DNA from: Camelus dromedarius | Lineage: Eukaryota | NCBI RefSeq assembly: GCF_036321535.1 | Contig: NC_087437.1 | Coordinates: 6,386,001 to 6,450,000, forward strand | Direction of reading: 5' to 3' | Length of the DNA: 64,000 bases | Shown here: positions 1 through 13,973 of the stretch, one piece after another | Position numbering within the stretch: the first letter of the stretch is position 1 | Layout of the letters: each line of letters begins with the position of its first letter | Made by a program: the position numbers and the translations under genes | Notes under the pieces: generated by a model | Databases searched by the model: none | What the model was told of the DNA's origin: nothing | The model's input: only the letters and a program-made list of their open reading frames with translations

Positions 1-54
1 GCGTAACCACACAACAGAGTGCAGGGACTAAGGTCTGCGGCCCCTAAGGAGAGT

Positions 55-257
55 GCAGAGGCAGTGAGATCCTGATTCAAATCCCAGCTCCTCCCGCTCC
101 AAGCTGCTTAACCAGGACAAGTGGTTTAGCCTCTTTAAGCCTCAATTTCTCCAACATAACAAAGAATATAATAATGGTTAATTATCAGCGGTTGAAAGTG
201 AAATAATGCATTACAATATCAAACCCAAAACTAAATGTTCAATAAATGATAGTTATA
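55..257 (+). mobile_element. MIR SINE (degenerate)
   Basis: Matches MIR core motifs: cctgattcaaatcccagctc, agcctcaatttctcc and the 3' end tcaataaatgatagttat. Confidence 0.7.
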
Positions 258-380
258 ATTGCAGTATTTGGATTGAAATTCTAAACCTAATTAAGATTTA
301 TCATAAACACTACACTCCTTCCAAAAACTCTTAACAGAAAAGTGAAATCACTATTGCCTTACCACTCCATACGGGTCCTT

Positions 381-490
381 TGTAAAACAAGGATGGTAAC
401 AGTAAGCACCTCATAGGGCAGCTGTATTAAAAGACATGTAAAATGCTTACACTGGCATATGGCACATACTAAGCCCTCCACTAAGAAAAT
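381..490 (+). mobile_element. MIR 3' fragment
   Basis: tgtaaaacaaggatggtaacagtaagcacctcataggg...catgtaaaatgctta...tggcacatactaagc resembles the MIR 3' half. Confidence 0.65.
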
Positions 491-896
491 AATTAGTTAT
501 AACTTATAGGCATAGTGGTTGCTCTTGTTCTCCAAGCACAGGTACACATGAGCTTAATAAATGTCTATGAGGAGAAATAAGTGAGTAAAAATGTGACTGA
601 ATAAAGAATACAAGACAGTTATCAAGACTGTTTCTTTGTACAGAATCTTAAAGAGTCCCCTCAAATACCCCATATTTTTATGTTAAAGCTGAAAATGTCA
701 GTGAAAACAAAGTTACTCTGATGTGTAAACAGGCTTCATATTCTGCGCTTGAGCGTAGTTATTAAACTCTGATGGAAACAAAAGAACTGACCATAATTCC
801 AAGCATGAACTGGGCACAGTATATGATGTTCACACCTATTTCTGAAGGCGTTCTAGAGCAGCTGTACCACACAACGCTACAACCAGCCAAACTCAC

Positions 897-942
897 CTAA
901 GCTCTCTCAAGTTCTTTTTCGTGCCTCCAAGGATCTCAGCAG
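897..942 (-). other. Candidate 46-nt non-coding exon of the minus-strand gene
   Basis: Minus strand reads ttcctctctgccctggtcttgcactcag|CTGCTG...GCTTAG|gtgagt: pyrimidine-rich acceptor, strong donor, no ATG. Splice signals only. Confidence 0.25.
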
Positions 943-2245
943 CTGAGTGCAAGACCAGGGCAGAGAGGAACCTCGCTGCCTTTCAGGGCTACTAGTTTCA
1001 AAACCTCGGCCATTAAAAACAAAGAATGATGGGAAAAAAGGGGTGATGAAACAGCAGCAGTGGTTCTTAGGAAATGGTATCATTTCAAAACGATGATTTG
1101 ATCTTTAGCATACTAATCATCTCAGTCGAAGTAGTTTTTAATTGGTCTGCGAATAATAAAGACGCTCAATTCTTCAAGTATTTAATTTAACAAAAGATAA
1201 AGACAGTATCCCCTGGCTAAAGTGGCACGGAAATTCCAGACTCCCTGCCTTGTCACAGAAGTCCTCTCCCGGCACTCAAAACAATGAGAAAAAGCAACAA
1301 AACTGACTTTAAAAAGAGTAATTTCCTTTCCAACCTAAATAAACTTTACACAAACTTGCCTCTGATCGCCAACTAAACAAGCTGCACCGCCAGCATCAAG
1401 GGAGGGTGTGCAGATATCTAGCAGGTGCTGCAGTTTATCACAAAACCGTCTGAAATAATTGGAAGTGACAACCAGCACTACCACAAATGATTTATTAGTC
1501 TTTCACTCAGCTTTTCAGCTTCCTCGGGGCCAGAATAAATAATTTACCAACTCTGTATCTTCCAATCATTAATTCTTCCCTATGCATCCAAACTACATTT
1601 AACTCTGCTAGGTTTGGAATAAAACATACAATAGGAATATTTTTATAAATATAGAATTATCTGACCATATGTAAAGGCAAATTTGTCAGTCAAGATGTAC
1701 AACCCAGATGTAGAAGAATCGAAAGGCTGAGAGTCAGCAACTGCAGTGGAGTCTGAGGGAATAAAATCAAGTAAAGAGGAAATGAGAGCAGAGCCCGCAA
1801 AGAGCTCTCCCACCACAAGGAAGGGTCTCTGATGCAGTCAGCCACCCTCAGGGGCAGCAGAGGCACACGGATGCTGGGGATGGTCCACCTCTAGGGTGGC
1901 CAGCTCATGACAGTCAATTCATTCTGACTGACTGACTGTCTCCCCTGAAACTTTCCTGTGAGTTATAAAAAAGACACAGTCCTCCCTTAAAAACGGGTAG
2001 AAACTTGAAACAACATGAACACAAGGGAATTTTTTTTTTCATGCAAAGCAGACTTAATACAGGGCAAGCTGAGGCAGCTTCTTTGAAATAGTGTAGTAAC
2101 TATTTTGAATGAGTTTGAGACAATTACATACTCACTAGAATTCAGAAAAGGAAATATATGCAAAAATCAAAGAAATAAATATTCCAAAAAATTGACAATG
2201 GTGTTAAAAGGTATGTCTATCAATCATGTAGAAAACACAGAAAGC

Positions 2246-2270
2246 AAAAAAAAAAAAAAAAAAAAAAAAA
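2246..2270. repeat. poly(A)25 homopolymer
   Basis: Run of 25 A. Confidence 0.95.
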
Positions 2271-5200
2271 TTGCATCTTAAATCCATTTTTGATGTAAGC
2301 TAGTCCTGTCTCATTAACCAGCATCTATGATTAAAACAGAGATCATTTTTGGTACATAATGTATTGCATTGTTAGAGCAGCATCTGTTTATTGCACAGCA
2401 TAAACATTTCTCAGCTTTCTGAAACTATTGATACGCAAGAAATTCAGACGTAGCAATCCATTCAATTTTTTTTTTATTCCAAGAAGAAATACTTTCAGGG
2501 AGAAGATAAGTAACATTAATATTCTAATTTCTGGCATCCTGGGAGGCACTTCAAGCTGCTGGGCACACAGGCACAGAATTACATATATGGGCAGCTTTCT
2601 CTTCAGTAGCCTGAGAGTGCATCACAATCCAGATCTTCTGTGTGTAATACACAGCTAAGTATACTTCTAAATATGACTTCCACCAAAATATAACATGCAC
2701 TAAAGTAAGTCTGTCTAATGACAATTATAATATAAATGTGAACCCAAGCAATGCAACTTAGATTATAAAATTTTCAAATAATCTCTATAAAAAGTTCCAA
2801 AATGTTCACAAATAAGCGTGTATCATTTTCAGGACTCATGTTTCACTGTCATTAACTGAGACAACTGTATCACTACCTGAGCACAAAAGCAGGTCGTTCA
2901 CATCAAGCAAACCCACGTCATCTGTGTGCACAGACCCAGTGTACTTGTTGCTATGGCATAATAAACCCCCCAAGAATCTAGGTTTTAGTGTCCCCCAGGT
3001 TAAAATAGAACAGAAATGTAAAAACTGAAAAATGTAACAGAAAAACTGGAAAATAAAACAGAATATTTTTCAAACAAATATCCAAAAAAAGACAAAGATT
3101 TTATATTTTCTTTTTATACGGGGCCAGGGGAGGATAGGAGGATTTTTTTTTTTAAAGAGCAGCAGGACAAGGTTGTCTGCAGGCTTCTTTGCAACTGGCT
3201 TTAAATGTCACAGGAACTTCAGCAAGAAAAGAGAAAGCAATGCACAGTCTGGTGGCACTAAACTGCCTGAGGATGCTGCCTAATGCTGGAACCTGGATAG
3301 GATGCTGCACGAGTTGATGACCGCTGTCCCATGTGCTGAAAACACTGGGCCCTGCAGAGCCACAGGGATCGCTGTAGAAGATGTCTGTGCAAAGTACTCT
3401 GACCCTTAAATGTCCATTCAGACAGAAACAGAGACACAACCTGTGCAAATAATGTTGTCCTATCACAGAGTGTTAGAGAACAACTGAAACTGATACACCA
3501 GGTGTAAAATAAAAAGCAAGGAGGAGCTCAGAAACAACACTGGGTAAAAAGGATAAAAAAGCAAACTGTAGAAAGACCAATGGAATTTTTCAGTTATTAA
3601 GAACACTCAATGTTAATGAACATATAAATATAGTACTAGACTAAAAACACAAGACAGGGAGGATATAAAGCAATTTCAGGATGGTGGTTATCTCTGAGAA
3701 AGGAAAGGCTTTAAATTTTTTTTTTTTTAAACATATGCTGCAAATGTTAACTTACTAATTCGGCATGGTAAATACACAGTTGCCTGGTCTATTTATCCTC
3801 TGTATTTTCATGATTATTTGAACAATCTCTCATATATTTTAAATCTAAGCCATGATGTAAAAAATTTTCTTCTGAAAAAAATTAAAGAGATTTTACATTT
3901 TTACTTGAAACAGGAGGGTCTACCTTTTTTAAAAATCATTGCTTTGGTTAGTCTCCATATTTGAAAAACTTTTAATTCCAAACTAAGAAACTAAAAATTC
4001 TACTCTCTTTTCACAAATGATTTGACTTGGTAACCATTTCAAATCAAGTTCTCGATTCCATGGTTTTATTTTGAAATTGAACTGAGGGATTCCACCATGA
4101 AGACCTCCTAAATGTAGTTAAAAATATTCTTCACAGGGGCTCTGAATACCTGGTTCTATCATTTGTTGTAGGGCAAACAGGCCTGAATGCCTGACTCCAG
4201 TCCTTGGCTCTAACTTCCCAGGGGGACCTGCCCCTTTAATGAATATGTTCTTTCTCATTTTGATTGTTTGTTTGAGGTATTAAATTTCTGTTTAAAAAAA
4301 CAATTCCCAGAAAATCCTTAGCTGTAGCTAATGAAATCTTACTCTAATTAAAATTATCTGCAGTCAAATTTCTTTTAAGTTTAGCCCCATTTCTCTGTAG
4401 GTCTCTGGAAATTTGACAGCTAAATAAACAGGATGCCTCTCATTTACAATCACATTTGTACACTAAAACAAAAGTTTAATACACTTTTTGTCACCACAAA
4501 GAAAACAGCAAGGACCATTAATTTTCACAAAAACTGATAAATATTCTCTCAAAGCAGGAGCCATCTAATTTAAAGAATTACTGGCTTGTTATCTTAAACA
4601 AGAAATCATACTCAACTTATATTGATGTTTTCTATCTGAAGCGTGTCATGCAATATTGTAATTTATCTCATAAATCTATGAGAGTGTGATCAAATCCTAT
4701 CAAGTCTGATTGGCATAAATTTGAAACAATGAAGCAATCACATCTGTTAGGTGGTTCTAGCTTGCTAGACAACATTTTAAAAGTTTATACAATGACATAA
4801 TTATATTTTTCTCCATAAGACCTTTCTGTACCCAATTTGAGCTTTTTCATGAAGTTTTATATATGTAATGGGTTCAGTGTAACCTAATACATGACATGGG
4901 ATACACAATGAAAGATAAGAAAAGAAGGAAGAAGTTTGGGAGACGGAGTTAAAGAGATGGTGTACTTCATACACTCTGAAAAACACTTTAATCAAACTCC
5001 AAGTGAATTACAAGGTGCCAAGATAAGATAAAATAAGTTCACTTGAATAAAAAAATAGTATATCTAACTTTATCCTGAAACTACTCCTGAAAAAATATGA
5101 ATGTTGAATTTAAGTTAAAATACATGGGCATAAAAACAAAGAATTCAAACCATGCTTTATGAAGGAAAAGGTTACAGAAAATTCACCAGCTACCTCTTTT

Positions 5201-5662
5201 GGTGTAAAATTCCTAATTTTTGAAATTTAAAGGATTTAATAAAAACATTATCAAAATATGTGTATGAATTGATAGGTGAAAATACAATATCCCAAAAGTA
5301 ATTCTATGAAATTTTAAAGACATTTCTAATTAGTAAGTGAACTTAAGGATGAAAATGACTAGGCCCTAAAGATAGCAGGTGTATGGGTTAAAAAGAGACA
5401 TAAACACTAAAAATAAAATTTAGGACACTGATAGGAAACTTCATTAAGTTATTGACTCTTATTTTTTTTATATATTCATGACTAAGATATGACTTAAGAG
5501 TATGTGAACCTTCTACTAACAAGAGCTAAATTACTATTATAAATCCCATGTGGGTCATTCATTGATAATCATATACAATTTTGAGACATTTCTCATCCCA
5601 CTGAGATCTACCTGCCACTCTTTACATGTATACATATCGTCACTCAAAACTGAATACCTCTT

Positions 5663-6419
5663 AGAAAAGGGAACCCTCCTGCACTGCTGGTGGGAATGCA
5701 GGTTGGTGCAGCCATTGTGGAAAACAGTATGGAGATTCCTCAAAAGACTAGGAATAGACTTACCATATGACCCAATAATCCCATTCCTGGGCATATATCC
5801 AGAAGGAACCCTACTTCAAAAAGACACCTGCACCCCAATGTTCATAGCAGCACTATTTACAATAGCCAAGACACGGAAACAGCCTACATGTCCATCAACA
5901 GATGACTGGATAAAGAAGTTGTGGTATATTTATACAATGGAATACTATTTGGCCATAAAAAATGACAATATAATGCCATTTGCAGTAACATGGATGTTCC
6001 TGGAGAATGTCATTCTAAGTGAAATAAGACAGGAAGAGAAAGAAAAATACCATATGATATCGCTCATACGTGGAATCTAAAAAAAAAAAAAAAAAAGATA
6101 ACAAATGAACTTAAATATAAAACAGAAACAGACTCCTAGACCTAGAATACAAACTTGTGGTTGCCAGAGGGGAGGGAGGTGGGAAGAGACAGACTGGGAG
6201 TTTGAAATTTGTAGATACTGACAGATATATATAGAACAGATAAACAAGATTATATTGTACAGCACAGGGAAACACATACAAGATCTTGTGGTAGCTCATG
6301 GGGAAAAGAATGTGGCAATGAATATATGTACGTTCATGTATGACTGAAAAATTGTGCTCTACGTTGGAAATTGACACAACATTGTAAACTGACTGTAACT
6401 CAATAAAATAAAATTTTTT
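5663..6419 (+). mobile_element. 5'-truncated young LINE-1 (camelid-type 3' end): ORF2 C-terminus, 3' UTR and A-rich tail
   Basis: Translates as [25 protein letters not shown]...DWIKKLWYIYTMEYY (L1 ORF2p C-terminus, open to the stop at 6080), followed by 3' UTR and aataaa. Degenerate TSD aaaactgaatacctctt (5646-5662) / aagacgtgaatacttctt (6420-6437). Confidence 0.95.
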
Positions 6420-7194
6420 AAGACGTGAATACTTCTTCAACTTCCCTACAGACCAACCACAGTCTTGTATGCACTCAATACATACTTGCTGATTCATTTT
6501 AACTTCTATGAAACATGAGTCATGAGTCGAAGAATTTAAATGAAAACAATTTTATTCCCTACCATTAAAAATTAATAAAACAACATATGATGAAAGGAAA
6601 ACTTCCCAGAAGGAGACAACAGATGACTGTGATGGTAAAACTTGAACTCAAGACAGTGACAAAGATCTTTTTGTGAAATCCTGTGCTCATTCATATGTTT
6701 TCCTTCTGTCTGTGGATATGGCAAGTTTTCCCAAAACAAATATATCCTGTTTTCTTAGAATTTTTGGTTTGGAATTATTGTAATGCTATGCTAATGAAAG
6801 AAGTCAAAACTTTTTCTCCATTCTTGACTCTTCTAGGATTTTGTTGAACTCTCATTAATATATAAAAATATCCACTAGTCACCCGTTTTATTAACATCTT
6901 GAAGTTTAATTCCTAATTAAATGCATTAAGAAATTGAAACTCTCATGAATACTATGTAATTTAGCTTAAATATAAAGACATTTTTTGATTACCACAGGAC
7001 AATAACAGTACTATTATTTTACCAAAAAAAAAGTAAATCTCTATTTTTTTAATCTCTCATTTATTGAATAGGATTAAAAGAAGAATTAATTACAATTCTT
7101 CTGAAAAACTGCACTGTTGCTACCTATTTTCAACTTCATTTCTGTATTTTATGTTTTCACTGAAGAAATACTATGCTTTACACACAGACATAGG

Positions 7195-7390
7195 TTAAAA
7201 ATAAGACAATTCCTGTTTTTGCTACAAAGATGGGCAGTGAACTCATAATTACAACATGGTATAGGTGTTCTACAAGGGTCTGTAGATGGTGAGGAGGTAT
7301 CACTGAGGAATCAGGGAAAGCTTTCAAAAGCTGCATCTTGCAGGTTGATGAGACAGGAAAAGAAGTAAGGAGTGAACAGCACATAAAAAG
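7195..7390 (-). mobile_element. L2 fragment
   Basis: aataagacaattcctg...aattacaacatggtataggtg...ggaatcagggaaagcttt is typical of antisense L2. Confidence 0.5.
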
Positions 7391-7644
7391 CTTGACTCAA
7401 CAAAGATTAACCATATGAGCATCTTTCCCCTTCCTCCCAAAACCCCAGCAATCTCAAATTTTTGGAAAATAGAGAAATAACTTATCAAAAAAGTAACTTG
7501 TAAGAGAATTTATAAAAACTGAGGAGAGGCAAACCATTTTGCCCAAAGTGCAGCAACTTTCAACCTCATACATCCCACCTCTACTACCCTGGTAGGGGTT
7601 CTTCAACTAAGAAAATAGGAAAACAACTTAAACAAAATGGAGGA

Positions 7645-8030
7645 AGAAAATAACTTTCCCAAACTGAAGGACTTGATTCCAGAATGAAGGAGTCCTCTGA
7701 AGATACAGTATAAACATGAATAAAATCCATTCCAAGACACATCATTATAAAAATTCAAAGACAAATATTCTAAAAGCCCCCATAATTATTAAAAAAACAG
7801 GTCATTCACAGCAGGAAACAATATAGAAGGGGAAAAGAGGCAATGAACCTCTCAGCAGCAACACAGAATGCTGTGCAACTAAGCCTTTTAAAATTCTAAG
7901 AGGAAATTATCCTGCAACCTAAAATTTTATACCCAACCAAACTATTAATCAAATCTGAGAGTAAAATAAAGATACTTCAACCCTTCTTAAGATCTATTTT
8001 CATATAATGAGGACGTTAAACCAGAAAAAA
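7645..8030 (+). mobile_element. Ancient L1/HAL1 ORF1-like fragment
   Basis: ccaagacacatcattataaaattc and aacctaaaattttatacccaaccaaactatt are decayed ORF1 motifs (PRHII..., P.ILYP.KL). Confidence 0.6.
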
Positions 8031-9011
8031 GACTGTAAGTTGAGACTGACACATAAGGAATAGAGCAAAACTGTCCGACCTCCAAGGATACCAAATCTTT
8101 AACCTCCTCCTTGATCACATTAACACATCACAGCATAACTCTGGATGAAAATGGCATTAGCAGCAAGAGAAATAGTAACCAGAAGCAATAATATGAGGAA
8201 GCAATTAGAAGCAAGCATTCTCACATTATACATCAACTATATTTAAATTTTTTAAAAAGCAGCAAGTATTCTTTGTCTGAGCAAAGATGCCACTGAGATT
8301 ATAGGGAAACCCCATGACAATGGCTTTTAGTCTTTATTTCACAGTGTCTATATTATACCAGTATCAAATGACTGCCAAACGATTTCACATTAATCTCTCA
8401 AGTTATGTTCACATGCACTATGAACAGTGCCACTTTAAAGATAAATAAAACCATGTATCTCTACAAAAATGCAAGTGTACCCCCTGGGGCACACATACAT
8501 TTTTACTCAACATATGGTTTAAATGTATTATTTTATAATTAGGTTTCATTTAAGAAACCAATTAATAAAATTTAACAGTATAGTTTCTATGAAGCAAGAG
8601 AACCACTTAGAGGTACTATCAACAGCTCAAAAAAAAATGATTGTCAATGACTACATCAATTATCAATTTCAGAGTAACCCCCAAAACTGGTTAGCATTAG
8701 TTATTTTCAAATTTTAAGTGAAAAACCATGCCCATTCTATTTGGGTGCCTGATGGACAAAATAAAATCCCATTTTTCAGCCCCATTATTGTGCATATTTC
8801 ATACAGTTATTTTTCATTTATAAAATATCAAAAAAATCAGAATAAGCCCCTATATTTCTAGCACTGGAAGACTCTTTATGTTAAAATATTTAATTCTATG
8901 TGAATTGTTGGCTTTGACACTTTTTTCATCCATATTAGAACCTCCAATCTAATTTGGAAGTATCTCTCAAGCATAAGAGTTAGAAGAGCCATGAGAATAA
9001 ATGCGTATTTC

Positions 9012-9362
9012 AAAAAAAAAATACAAACGAACTTATTTACAAAACAGAAACAGACTCAAAGACATAGAAAACAAACTTACAGTTACCAGGGGGGGGAATG
9101 GGGTGAGAAGGAATAAACTGGGAGTTTGAGATTTGCAGGTACTAACTAATATATATAAAATAGATAAACAACAAGTTTATACTGTATAGCACAGGGAACC
9201 ATATTCAACATCTTGTAACCTATGGTGAAGAATATGAGAATGAATGTATGTATGTTCCTATGTGACTGAAGTACTGTGCTGTACTCACCCCCCAGAAATT
9301 GGCATAACATTGTAAACTGACTATACTTCAATAAAAATATATTTTAAAAAATAAAATAAAAA
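9012..9362 (+). mobile_element. LINE-1 3' UTR fragment (cetartiodactyl/camelid type)
   Basis: acaaacgaacttatttacaaaacagaaacagactc...ctgtatagcacagggaac...cattgtaaactgactatacttcaataaaa followed by an A-rich tail. Confidence 0.9.
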
Positions 9363-11019
9363 GCCAGATCAGACATCAATGATAATTATTAATTTAATAT
9401 ATTATGCTATTTAAAGAGGATGATGGAAGGGAAAGTAAATATATTTGTAATAAATCATCATGAAATTCAAGTCTGGCAACATTTTAAATTTTAAGATTTG
9501 CGCGCACGTGGCCAGCATTCACTGCAGCTCTCATCCCAAAATAAAGTAGATGACTTAGAAATTTAATAAATAATGTCCTCTTCATCTTATTGCATGTAAT
9601 GGTTTCTCTTCTTTCTCTGCAACATTTATCCAAAAATTTTTTTGTTTTTAATGTAAGCAAGTAATGTATACCTATGCTTTCTAGAGCTACAAAGTAGAAA
9701 TCTTAGGGTAATAAACTTTCAAAAACAAAACAAAGTAATAATAAAATAAAACAAAATATTGGTTTTCAGTCCACCAGATCCAATCTCCCTGTCATTCCCT
9801 ATACTATCTTGAAATGAAATTCAGATAATAAAATCTAACCATATGTAGGATATTTAAAAAAATTAATTCCCTAACCATAATATTAATCAAAAAACAAAAG
9901 TAAATTTATAGTGAAATACTCATCACTGTATAAACACTTAGGCATAACTACTTAAGAAGAATGAATAAAACAGTCACATGTTTGCATCTATATATAATAG
10001 GTAAATTTGGATCTAGAACAAAAAAGATCACAAGTCATTCTCTAGAAGAAGTACAAAAAAATCAAAGGTGAGAGGCATAGGAGAACTCTAGAATAAAAAT
10101 TAGTGTTGAGATAAGTGATTACAGATGAAAACTAAACTGAATGTGAAGAGAAATAAATAAGCTTAAATGAAATAAAAATTAAAACGTCAAGACAAATTAC
10201 ATACTGTTGAAATGGAGAAAATCATGAAATGTGGTGTGAGTGCAGCAGACCTGGGTTTTGTTTCTAAGTGTAGTGTCAAAATAATTACCTATGCTAAGGT
10301 TGTTAGTGTAGTTACAACCCATCCCAGAAAACCTACCACACTGTCAAGGCATTAAGTCTCTAGTTCTTAAAAATACTACAGTAGAGACTATATCCTCCCA
10401 AAATATAAAACAACCAGTGGAGTGCTAAAGAAATGTAATATAAGAAGTTACAGGGAAGATGTATGACAGATTACTGGAGATGGTACCAGAGTAATACTGA
10501 AGACTAGGCAACATAAAAATAAGTATTTTTAAAATATATTTTAACAATGTATTATTAGCATTCTAAAAAAAGAAACTTTAATATTTAGGATGATGATCAT
10601 AAAATAACCTTAAATAATCTTTATTAACTAACAAAATTCAATGAGATCTATTAATTTAAAATTTAGTTTGTTCTTAAAAGAATCTTAAATATCCTCTGCT
10701 ACGTATTTGCCATCTGTGTAATGGAGCTTCCAGTAAACTGCATTCCCCAACTGAAAACTTGTCAACTAAATATCTAGTAAGAAATGCTATAAATCAGGAA
10801 GTGGGAAGAATGTGTGAAGTAAACTACACATAATTTTGGAGAATTTCTTTATTCTACTTAAGCTCCCCCTCCACACAAACTTCCCCCAAAGTATCAGATA
10901 CTTCATGGAACATTTTGCAAAATTGTGTCAGTATTATTAAAGCATTACTGCTTTATTTTTGAAGACAGGTTAAGCAGGCAGACATTCAAAAGTTACGTGG
11001 CAGTCTGGACCATTTCACA

Positions 11020-11162
11020 TAGTCTGAGGAGGACATCTAGCATCCCTGATCCCCATCTACTAAATGCCAAAAACATCCCCAAATTGCTGTGACAAAGGAA
11101 AATACACCTATTCATTTCCAAAATAACCTTCGTCAGGGAGCACCCTTGTTTGCAAATCATAC
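11020..11162 (-). mobile_element. hAT-Charlie (MER20-like) DNA transposon relic
   Basis: ggacatctagcatccctgatccccatctactaaatgcc resembles the reverse complement of the MER20-type core. Confidence 0.45.
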
Positions 11163-12957
11163 TCCAACAGTCTTATAGCAAGAAGCACGTTATGGTGGGG
11201 AACAATATGAAAAAAAGTGTTTCAAAAACAGAAACACTTTTACCAATTATACTAAAAATTATAACTTGCCAATTTTATCCTCTTCCAAACAACCTTGCTT
11301 CAGCCTATCTGTCTTGGTATTGTGTACTGAGGCTAACTTACAGAGATTTGTTTACCACCCTGCAACATATGTATATTCTTTTTATGTTAAGTTTAATAGA
11401 AAGCTTTCCTATATACGACCTTTTCAGTATTCCAACTTTTATGTAGCCAAATTTAAGTCAAAAATAGGACCTAATCAACAGATTGTATGAGTATAGGCAT
11501 GCTAAGCTTCTATAAATTCACTTGTGTGATTTTATTTCCTGTTTTTCTATGTTGTCTGGTTTTTGGTGTTTCATTGAGCAACATCAAGACTACGGTGGTC
11601 AGTACTAAGACACTGCATTTAGCCGTGTCATATTCAGTATTATGAAAGACTGTTCTATGTCAGTATTACTTAGTGCCCTAAGAAATCCTTGCAGTATGAG
11701 AGTACCCTTTTTTATTCTGCAAACTCTAAGTTTAATAAGATTCTATTTAATTAGCACAGGATTCAAATACACATTCGTGCCAAATTTTGCAACCACATGG
11801 GAAGTATGGGAAAGATATTTCCAACACTTTCGGGGGAACAACCTTGGGTTGCTCTCTGAAAATTTCAGTGCAAGACCAAACTGCTTCACACGCTATCCTC
11901 TGAAAGGATGAGGTGTGAAGGAAATTTTGTGTTTAACATGACCTTTGGCTGTACTTTTCCTTGTCATAATTACAGAGGAGCTACTCTCAGAGCCAACACA
12001 TGAGCTACGATATTACTCCTACAACTACAGTACTAGTTCATGAAGTGCTTCACATTGTGACAAATTCAAGGCAGAATATACGGAAGCTCTTACCTTTGTT
12101 ACAAGGCATAATAGGCCTTTCTAAACTACAGAGTTCTGATACTATACATAGTTGTAAATAAGAACTATTACATAAGATTTTTTAATATACATGCAAATAC
12201 AATATACCAGTGTAGTTACCTAGTTCAACTTAACAAGTCATCTATATTCTAAATGCAAAAAAACTAGAAATTTAAATTTAGTATCTAATATGTCTTTAAT
12301 AAATATGTATCAAGAGGGAATTAAAAAGAAAACTACAAAAAACCAAAACAACCTTAAGCAACTCTCTTCTAGAGATTTCTATTTTCCCACACAGGATTTC
12401 ACCAAGGAAAAACAGTTGTTTTCAAAAGTGTTTTCGCAAAACTGCCAACTTATCAATATAAATGACATGTAACATGCTTCTTAAGAGAAAAAAAAAGTGT
12501 ACTAGATCATCTAACATAAAATTATAAATTATGAAGGTAAAACAAGTAGAATTAGTTTTCAGTACAATGTCAACTATGCAATTAATCACAAGATTTATAA
12601 AGCAAAACAAGTATAAAAAAATCCTATAATGTATGATATGAAGAAAAATTTTAGTGCTCTCTAATATACTGACCAACTTTGCCATACTCATCTTTCTGCT
12701 CCCAATGGTAATACCTCTTTACTTTCACCTTGAGAAGAAATTCCAACAGCTGTAGAACATCACAGTCATATTCCATAAAAATCATAACCACAAACTGCCC
12801 AGGTTCGCTACAAAACACATAAATACTGGCCATAATAGAAGTTTGTTTTATCATAAAATAAAACAATTCAAAAGATACTGTATGCGAATTAAGATTCCTC
12901 TTAAATACACATTATATACACTATTAGGAATGATACAACAGGAATTCGAGGTATTAC

Positions 12958-13084
12958 GAGAATGATTACAGATCCCAATTTGCTCAGGATGGTTCCAGCA
13001 GACACCTATTGTCCTGACACTTACTGACACCCTTTCATTCTCAAAACTGTCCTGAATTGGAGGATAAATTATGTGGTCATCCTA
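12958..13084 (-). mobile_element. MER94 (hAT-Blackjack MITE)
   Basis: ccctttcattctcaaaactgtcctgaattggaggataaattatgtggtcatccta matches the MER94 terminus (TAGGGTGACCATATAATTTATC... reversed). Confidence 0.75.
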
Positions 13085-13419
13085 GCAATTACAGTATTTC
13101 ATATTACCTAAACCGTGGGTTTTGAGAATTTTATGATATAACATTATTTACTTCAAAATTCCAACTTAAAACTAAGTGATTCACAAGTACCCTGCCATTC
13201 ACCAGATGCAGTCACTTATGGCACTCATCCCAACATCTTCCAACACCTCCCCAACAAAGCCCTGGAAATGGCCTTGGCCTTGAGAGTCAAAAGAAGTGCT
13301 CTGAGTCTAAGACATCCACCAGGCAAATATTCACTCTCCCTGAGGCACAAATTCCTCTTCAGTATTTAATTTGGATCCACTCTACAGGATTATAAGAAGA
13401 ATCAAATCAGAAAATTCAA

Positions 13420-13568
13420 CTATGTCATTTTTTAGATTCCACATATAAGTGATACCATATATTTGTCTTTCTTTGTCTGACTTAACTTCACTCAGTATGA
13501 TAATCTCTAGGTCCATCCATGTGGCTACAAATGGCATTATTTCATTCTTTATGGCTGAGCAGTATTCC

Positions 13569-13616
<48 letters not shown>

Positions 13617-13973
13617 CACATATATACCACAACTTCTCTATCCAAACAAATGAATTTATTTACAAAGTTGAGACTCACAGACATAGAAAACAAACTTATG
13701 GCTACCAAAGGGGAAAGGGTGAGGAGGGGGAAGGATAAATTGGGAGTCTGGGATCAGCAGATACACACTACTATAGATAAAATAGATAAACAACAAGGTC
13801 CTACTGTATAGCACAGGGAACTATATTCAATAGCTTATAATGATTTATAATGAAAAAGAACATGTGTGTGTACATATATATATATATAACCGAATCACTA
13901 TGCTGTACACCAGAAACTAATAAAACATTGTAAATCAACCAGACTTCAATTTAAAAAATAAAAAAATTTTTAA
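13420..13973 (+). mobile_element. 5'-inverted (twin-primed) LINE-1 insertion
   Basis: 13420-13644 is the end of ORF2 in minus orientation; about 13645-13973 is the adjoining 3' UTR in plus orientation. TSD aaatcagaaaattcaa (13404-13419) / aaattagaaaattcaa (13974-13989). Confidence 0.9.
13571..13612. repeat. (TG)21 microsatellite
   Basis: Perfect TG run inside the inverted L1 segment. Confidence 0.95.

Noticed and set aside
3152..3466. 104-aa ORF or possible retrocopy next to a T-run
   Set aside because: No recognisable protein similarity, TSD or splice structure.
5550..6080. 176-aa ORF as a host gene
   Set aside because: It is the L1 ORF2p C-terminus plus flanking sequence read by chance.
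12089..12130. Strong minus-strand donor AAG|GTAAGA
   Set aside because: No convincing acceptor at exon distance.
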